From positions 263,766 to 327,765 of the forward strand of contig NIVC01000014.1 of the NCBI GenBank assembly GCA_002269645.1: a stretch of DNA of 64,000 nt. The letters run 5' to 3'. Position 1 is the stretch's first letter. Every line of letters starts with the position of its first letter. This stretch comes from Macrostomum lignano (lineage: Eukaryota). Position numbers and translations under genes: made by a program. Below are positions 57,140 to 64,000 of this stretch, in pieces. Under the pieces are notes generated by a model. The model was given only the letters and a program-made list of their open reading frames with translations, ran no database searches and was not told the DNA's origin.

Positions 57140-58854
57140 GTCAGTTGCAGTCGGAATCGATTGAGTCGACTGCCAATTTAGTCAATGGGTTTCGTTTCTT
57201 CTTTTCACTGGAACCTGTGGTGGGATTAGCAAAAGATCGATTTCGCATATCGATTTAGTGATTTCAAGGACGACAAAATCATTCTTCTCTGCATGTCAGC
57301 TCCAGAAGATGCTAGTTTGCTTGCAGCTTTCTGTAGGAGCATTCTACTTTAGTAAAGTGTACCCATTCTAAAATAAGCTGTTTTTAATATGTCCCAACAA
57401 GTCTCTGTGCAGTGTGTCATCCGTTTGCCCATCAATTTGTTCTGGAGCCCTTTATTAATTGAGTTCTTTAGGTGACTTAACAAATGCGGAAAAAACTAGA
57501 CACACACACAGTGGCCCAACACTTCGTGTCCCAATAATTGCTAGGAAAAATGCACTGCAGTGTTTAAGCATCTCCTCTGAGGGGCCCTTGCATGCATAGC
57601 TATAGAATCTGCTAAGACCCGATCTGAGAGTTAAAAGTACAAAACTTATAATTTTTGTGGTTGGACACGTAGGCTATTGAATGTCAATGGATTCAGACGA
57701 AATGTCAAGTTTTACTCAAAGCTTTTACAGCTTACCGGTTAAAGTCGACGGATCCTTTGGCAATTGCGCCACATGGCAGTTGATCAAAGGTGATATACCT
57801 GAAGTAAAGGTAGGTACTGCTTAGCAGGAGCAGTCTTTTTTATAGCATTTAAACATAAATGCTTCTTGTTTCCGACAAAGTTTTTTAATACCACTTACAT
57901 GTTTATCGCTGTGCCATTCCATGCTGTTCTTTCCATACCATGGTGACTCGGGTGCCATGGCAGAGGCAGAGTTGACCATTGATTTCAGCATGGCGAGTAC
58001 ATGCCAATTTTGTTTACCGTACGTTTGCGGGGTGGCGTCAATAATAGACCAAAATAAATGTACACTTAACTAGCAAGGGGACTCTGGTAAATTGGAGCCA
58101 TGTACACAGGGGGTAGGGCTTAGTCCTAACATGTACGGGGTAAGTCCTAATATGAGTGGGCTTTTGTAAACGACACTCTAGCACACAGTTCCAACAATTT
58201 ATAGAATATCGAATGCGCGCAGCAGTCAATAGCATGAGTCCTAACAAGAGTGGGCTGTTGTATTCAACACTGCAACACTGTCCTAACAATTTAGTTCGTG
58301 TAGAGTACTGATGCCCATCACAGTCAGAAGTAAATTTAAGCCCTTGTCATTTCTTTAGGTTTATCTCCATCCAGAACCATCCTTTGACAATAAAATACCC
58401 TTAAAAGTGTTTTGCTATGCTTTGCTTTGTATGTATTTTAATGTATGCTATGTATTTACGTCTTAAAACAAAGACTGCAGCAAATGAATGCGCTTGAAAT
58501 CTACTATTAGTAAAAATATGAGAAAAAACCAATAAAAATATGCGGGAGCAGATTAGCCATTTCAGTGTCCCAATAGTGATTTGGTCGAATTTTGTATCAT
58601 TTTTCCTTATTGGGACGCCAGTTTTTGCTTATTTATTGACACAGCAAGTAAAATTATTAAAAATGAGTTGCACCATCAAAAAGAGGCTGTCGAGCTGAAT
58701 CCATAGAGTATTTTTTTGAGCTGCTATTGTAACTTTTTTGGAAGTGTTGGACGGACTTGATGGGACAGTCCCAACATTTTTTTTGGCCCAACAGTGCGGG
58801 TCCCGTTGTACGCGTATGGCCCAACAAATGCCCCGTGCGCAAACACACACACAC

Positions 58855-59460
58855 ACTATGATCCCAACTGCAATACTACACACTATGATCCCACACTGCA
58901 ATCCCATACACTATGATCCCACACTGCAATCCCATACACTATGATCCCACACTGCAATACCATACACTATGATCCCACACTGCAATACCATACATTATGA
59001 TCCCACACTGCAATCCCATACACTATGATCCCACACTGCAATCACATACACTATGATTCCACACTGCAATCCCATACACTGTGATCCCACACTGCAATCA
59101 CATACACTATGATCCCACACTACAAATACCATACAATACGATCCCACACTGCAATCCCACACACTGTGATCCCACACTGCAATACCACACACTAATGATC
59201 CCACACTGCAATCTCACACACTATGATCCCACACTGCAATACCACACAATATGATCCCACACTGCAATCACATACACTATGATCCCACACTGCAATCCCA
59301 TACACTATGCAATACCACACACTATTATCCCACATTGCAATACCATACACTATGATCCCACACTGCAATACCACACACTGTGATCCCACACTGTAATACC
59401 ACACACTATGATCCCACACTGCAATCACATACACTATGATCCCACACTGCAATACCACAC
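58855..59460. repeat. 28-bp minisatellite
   Basis: Unit CTATGATCCCACACTGCAATCCCATACA. Confidence 0.93.
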
Positions 59461-59859
59461 ACTATACAAATGTCACCGACAGGAAGCTGCAAAACTCTGT
59501 CGTGAAACGCAAACAGACGCACTCCATCATATACATGCAAGTCTGACTCATCACCTCCATCCGCCAGAGTCCAAACGATTGATGCTGGAAGCTGCTTCCG
59601 CCGAATCGTTAAAACTTTCCTCTTCTACACTCGCGTTGGCTGCGGATTGCCGGGTGTGCAAAATCAGCCCATGGGTGCCGGGGGGGGATAAGCAGCTGTG
59701 CCGTCTCTCATCACACTTTTGCTATATTTTTGTTTGCATGCTTTGACTGACTGGGGCTGGCCTGGTGCTGAATTTATAAGGGGCGTTGGACTTGACTTTG
59801 GCAAAGGACTCACCACAAGCAGCTCTCTCTCCGACACTCTACCCTCAATCTCTTCCACC

Positions 59860-60450
59860 CTCCCTCACGGTCTCTCCTCTCCCCCACTCTCCCCACCCCC
59901 CCACTCTCCACACTCTCCCACACTCTTCTGACTCCGGCCCACTCTCTCCCACTCTCTCCCACTCTACCTACTCCACTCTCAACACTCTCCCCCACTCTCC
60001 ACACTCTCCCCCACACTTCTTACTCTCCTCACTCTCTCCCACTCTCACCACCCCCCTCTTCACACTCTCCCCCACTTTTCTGACTCTCCACACTCTCCCC
60101 CACTCTCCCCATTCCACTCTCCACACTCTCCCCCACTCTCCCCATTCCACTCTCCACACTCTCCCCCACTCTCCCCCACTCTCCCCCACTCTCCCCCACG
60201 CTCCCCCACTCTCCACACTCTCCCCCACTCTCCCCACCCCCACTCTCAACACTCTCCCCCACTCTCCCCACTCCACTCTCCACACTTTCCCCCACTCCAC
60301 TCTCAACACTCTCCCCCACTCTCCACACTCCACTCTCAACACTCTCCCCACTCTCCCCACTCTCAACACTCTCCCCCACTCTCCACACTCTTCTCCACTC
60401 TCCTCACTCTCCTCACTCTCCTCACTCTCCCCACTCTCCCTCACTCTCTT
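59860..60450. repeat. Degenerate C-rich (CACTCTCCC)n array
   Basis: Recurrent 9-11-bp CACTCTCC(C/A) units. Confidence 0.9.
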
Positions 60451-60924
60451 CACTCTCTCTTCCTTTTTTCACCAGCTCAGAAATTTCCTCAAAATTCTTT
60501 CCCACTGTCATTCCCACTGCTCCCAAGCCCTCTCACCTTGTACTTAATCCCTTTCTCTCTTTTCCCAACCCCCCCCCCCTCTCTGCTTCCTGTGCCGCGC
60601 CTCAATCATTCCCCCAGTTGCAGTTGTCACCTACACTCGGCCTTCGCCAAAGCAGACTGGAAATCCTATTATTTGCTTCCCCACTCAAAAACATCGCCTC
60701 TGCTCTTTTCTCTCTAATCCGCCCGTTTGTTGTTGAGAAGCCAGCCTCAAACACAACACCCTGTCTCTTCTGCACGCACGCCTCTTTGCTCTCTTCTCTT
60801 CCTCACAGCATCCAGCCTGAGTCTGCGTCTGTCTACTGCTCACCCCTAGCCGCTCCATCTCGGTTTTCCAGTTCCGTTTCCCTGCCCAGAATCCCGCTTC
60901 CTTCCTGCTTCCATCTCCATCTCT

Positions 60925-60925
60925 T

Positions 60926-60995
<70 letters not shown>
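60925..60995. repeat. (CT)n microsatellite
   Basis: Pure dinucleotide run. Confidence 0.95.
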
Positions 60996-60997
<2 letters not shown>

Positions 60998-61344
60998 GTC
61001 ACTATTGGCTCAGCTCCCCACATCCGACTGGCTGGGAGCATCCAGCAAAACTTCGGTGATGCAGCCATCACCCCCCCCAGTCCAGCCAACAATTTACAGT
61101 CAGAAAAAAGGCAAAATAAAACTTGAAGCGACTGGAACGTAAAGCCTGTCCGCTTGCTGTCTGCAATAACTATTTTTTTCTGGATGCTAAAAAAACTCTT
61201 CAGTTTTTTCTCTGAATAGAAACAATCACTGTTCACTTTTTTAGGCTTTACCTTTCTGCCCGTTTTTTTAGTAAAATATGGCCAGTTCAAAATTAACGGT
61301 AAGTTTTGCTTCTTTATCATGGCTTGACATTAAACTAGTGTCAC

Positions 61345-61810
61345 ATAAAACACAGTGTCACATACACCACAGTGTCACATACACCACAGTGTCACATACA
61401 CCACAGTGTCACATACACCTCAGTGTCACATTCACCACAGAGTCACATACACCTCAGTGTCACATACACCACAGAGTTACATACACCACAGTGTCACATA
61501 CACCTCAGTGTCACATACACCACAGAGTCACATTCACCACAGTGTCACATACACCTCAGTGTCGCATACACCACAGTGTCACATTCACCACAGAGTCACA
61601 TACACCACAGTGTCACATACACCTCAGTGTCACATACACCACAGAGTCACATACACCTCAGTGTCACATACACCACAGAGTCACATACACCACAGTGTCA
61701 CATACACCTCAGTGTCACATACACCACAGAGTCACATTCACCACAGTGTCACATACACCTCAGTGTCACATACACCACAGTGTCACATTCACCACAGTGT
61801 CACATACATC
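61345..61810. repeat. 17-bp minisatellite
   Basis: Unit CACAGTGTCACATACAC. Confidence 0.95.
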
Positions 61811-62304
61811 GCTATACAACAGTGCATCTGCACAGTGTTCCTAAAAATTGTGTCCCTAAACTGTTACAGTATTGAGGAATTCAGCAAAATCCAAAAATGC
61901 CTATAGTTAAACCTAACTTCGATGTTTTAACCTCCATCAAAATTTTTATGTAGCTATGCTATGCTTTGCTTCTAGGCTCGTACGTGCGTACATACGCAAT
62001 ACATTTCTTCTGTTTAAAAAAGCAGAAAAAAAGCAACAATACAAAATAGCCTGGGATGGACCTTCAGCCGTTTGTTGAAGCAGACAGTCTCCGGAGGAGG
62101 GTATGAATGTTCGAGGAAAAGTTCACGAGTGACTAAGGTCGCCTGGGGTTTCGAAACTATATGCGGTAGAGGGAAACTAGAAGGGGTCAGAGGCTGAAAG
62201 TGGAGCAGCTAGAAGGGGTCAGATGCTGTCTATGACAGAATCCCATTCAGAGCTTACAATGTGTAGGATTTAGAGAGCCTACTAAATTCCCTCTCTAGCC
62301 ACAT

Positions 62305-62413
62305 TAATACCCATGCTTTAAGGGCTTTAATGAGAAATCCTCGGGCGCCTAACGGCGGCGCCCTAACGGCGCCCTCTGATTTTCCCATTAACGCCCTTAA
62401 AGCATGGGTATTA
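62305..62413. mobile_element. ~110-bp hairpin MITE
   Basis: TAATACCCATGCTTTAAGGGC / GCCCTTAAAGCATGGGTATTA are perfect 21-bp arms, extending imperfectly to about 35 bp. Confidence 0.7.
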
Positions 62414-62420
62414 CTATTAT

Positions 62421-62612
62421 TGTGCCATAGACATTTGTGTCCTTGACAAAGTGGAACAAAATTAGCGGGCAGTTAATGACATTAACTGCCCGCTAATTTG
62501 CATTAAAGTAAGTTTGAAATAGACAATCGGGCGTTAAATGTCATTAACTGCCCCTAATTTGAATTAAAGTAAGTTTGACTCCTGCAAGCGGGCTTAAATG
62601 TAGTCTATGGCA
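62421..62612. mobile_element. Short CCATAGAC-ended element with internal perfect palindrome
   Basis: TGCCATAGAC / GTCTATGGCA inverted ends, with 20-bp perfect arms at 62459-62478 and 62480-62499. Confidence 0.6.
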
Positions 62613-63024
62613 TTAAAAGGCAAGAATACGCTCGTAAGTGCCCAGCGGGCACAAAGGTCATGGTACAATTCCCTCTCTTTGTTCAAATATCCTGAATACT
62701 ACAACAAAGTACAGAGACATTGAGCAGCAATTAGTGCGAATAGAATTTAAGAGGAATTGAAGTGTCATACGCGTCAGACTTAGCCAGCTAGAAATTTATA
62801 GAAATCTAATTTGGCCATTTTTTCTCTCTGTCTATCTGCCTCAGCAGGATTTTATCTTGCAAGCCAATAGGTGCAGTGCACAAGCAAGCAGTAGCTCACT
62901 AATTGATCCCAGCCGAACTATAACTTGGACTAAAAAATTTTAGGAGAGGAAATAGCTAGAGTCTTTTATATTCTGATGTCTGATTATCTCGAGAATAGAG
63001 CTCGTTGAAGACTCATATTGGCAT

Positions 63025-63260
63025 CTCATCTATAGACTCACATAGTGGTAAGTGGCGTCTTATCTATAGACTCACATAGTGGCGTCTTATCTATAGACTC
63101 ACATAGTGGCGTCTTATCTATAGACTCACATAGTGGCGTCTTATCTATAGACTCACATAGTGGCGTCTTATCTATAGACTCACATGGTGGCGTCTCATCT
63201 ATAGACTCACATAGTGGCGTCTTATCTATAGACTCACATGGTGGCGCCTCATCTATGGTC
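63025..63260. repeat. 27-bp tandem array abutting the GT31 start codon
   Basis: Unit GACTCACATAGTGGCGTCTTATCTATA, about 8 copies. Confidence 0.92.
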
Positions 63261-64000
63261 TCAACATTTCGGCAGAGCCCAGAGCATTATTCCTCCATCA
63301 CGTTTCAGATCCGACTGTTTGCTATTGCTGCATACTGCCTAGCCAGCGTGTGCCTCCTGTGGCGACTACTAGGCCTGTCGCTACCCGCGCAACCTCTGCA
63401 GTCGCCATCAGTTCAACAACAACAGCAGCAGCAACACTCTGAGCGTTCTCAGCTGAGCATGGGACCGCTGGATTCCCCTCCGCGTCACCCGCCAGCCAGG
63501 CAGTTGTTTCGCCAGCAACCGTACGACACGCCCGACATTGCCAAGGTCATTACCAACTATAACGAAGATGCATTGAACGCTTCGGGGTTCCAGGTTGCTC
63601 AGCTTCCAATTTTATCAACTGCAAACGAAACCGAGGCTTCCACTGCCTACTTCAATATTGCAAGGCGAATCCATTTGTCACAGTCGGATTCGGCATCTGT
63701 TGAGGCAAAAATACGTAGAGAGAATCGTCAAAAACTTCGATTTAGTTTTCTAGGCCGAGCTGGAAAACGATCGTGTCGTCCAGGCATTGACAGGATCCTT
63801 GTTGTTGTCATGACGACCAAACAAGCGGTGGATAGGCGAGAGGCCATCCGTCAGACCTGGGCTCCGAGGCGGACTCAGCCGGAGCTCGAGTGGTGTTCTT
63901 CCTCGCAGCAGACGGTTCCAACTCAACGATGTCTCAATCGTTAGCCAACGAGATTTACTCATTCGGCGACATCGTTCTGGTGCCGCAGTTTGTCGACACT
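63255..64000 (+). CDS. Beta-1,3-galactosyltransferase family (GT31), type II membrane protein; 1-bp frameshift; truncated by window end
   Basis: TM segment LFAIAAYCLASVCLLWRLLGL, then ILVVVMTT...RREAIRQTW, and in the shifted frame ARVVFFLA...LANEIYSFGDIVLVPQFVDT. These are canonical GT31 motifs. Confidence 0.88.

Noticed and set aside
57505-58620. Tc1-like MITE from GTCCCAATAA / TTATTGGGAC inverted match
   Set aside because: The match is only about 10 bp, with no clear termini or TA duplication.

Overview
Eukaryotic (animal) genomic DNA with GC-rich exons, GT-AG introns, very many tandem arrays and small non-autonomous DNA transposons. The style suggests a free-living flatworm such as Macrostomum; this is inference only. 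Genes reconstructed by hand: an intronless class-A GPCR with a ~290-aa ectodomain (2977-4917, -); a small Cys-rich, Lys-tailed protein (6566-8058, -); CDC34/UBE2R (9838-14535, +, 4 exons); a secreted PAN-like plus ALK/LTK-type Gly-rich protein whose first exon is split by a 1670-bp CACTA-like insertion (17984-21459, -); a 13-exon integrin alpha (26410-47702, +); a small PPxY membrane protein (50816-51178, -); a polyQ ORF and a KH-like ORF (52423-54812, +); and a GT31 galactosyltransferase with a 1-bp frameshift that runs off the window end. Mobile DNA includes a Tc1 remnant, hAT and CCCG-ended MITEs with target-site duplications (TSDs), two CORE-type tRNA SINEs, and a family marked by CCATAGAC. 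Most long ORFs in the ORF track are tandem-repeat artefacts. No CRISPR array, rRNA or true tRNA gene was found. All calls were made by eye, without database searches.
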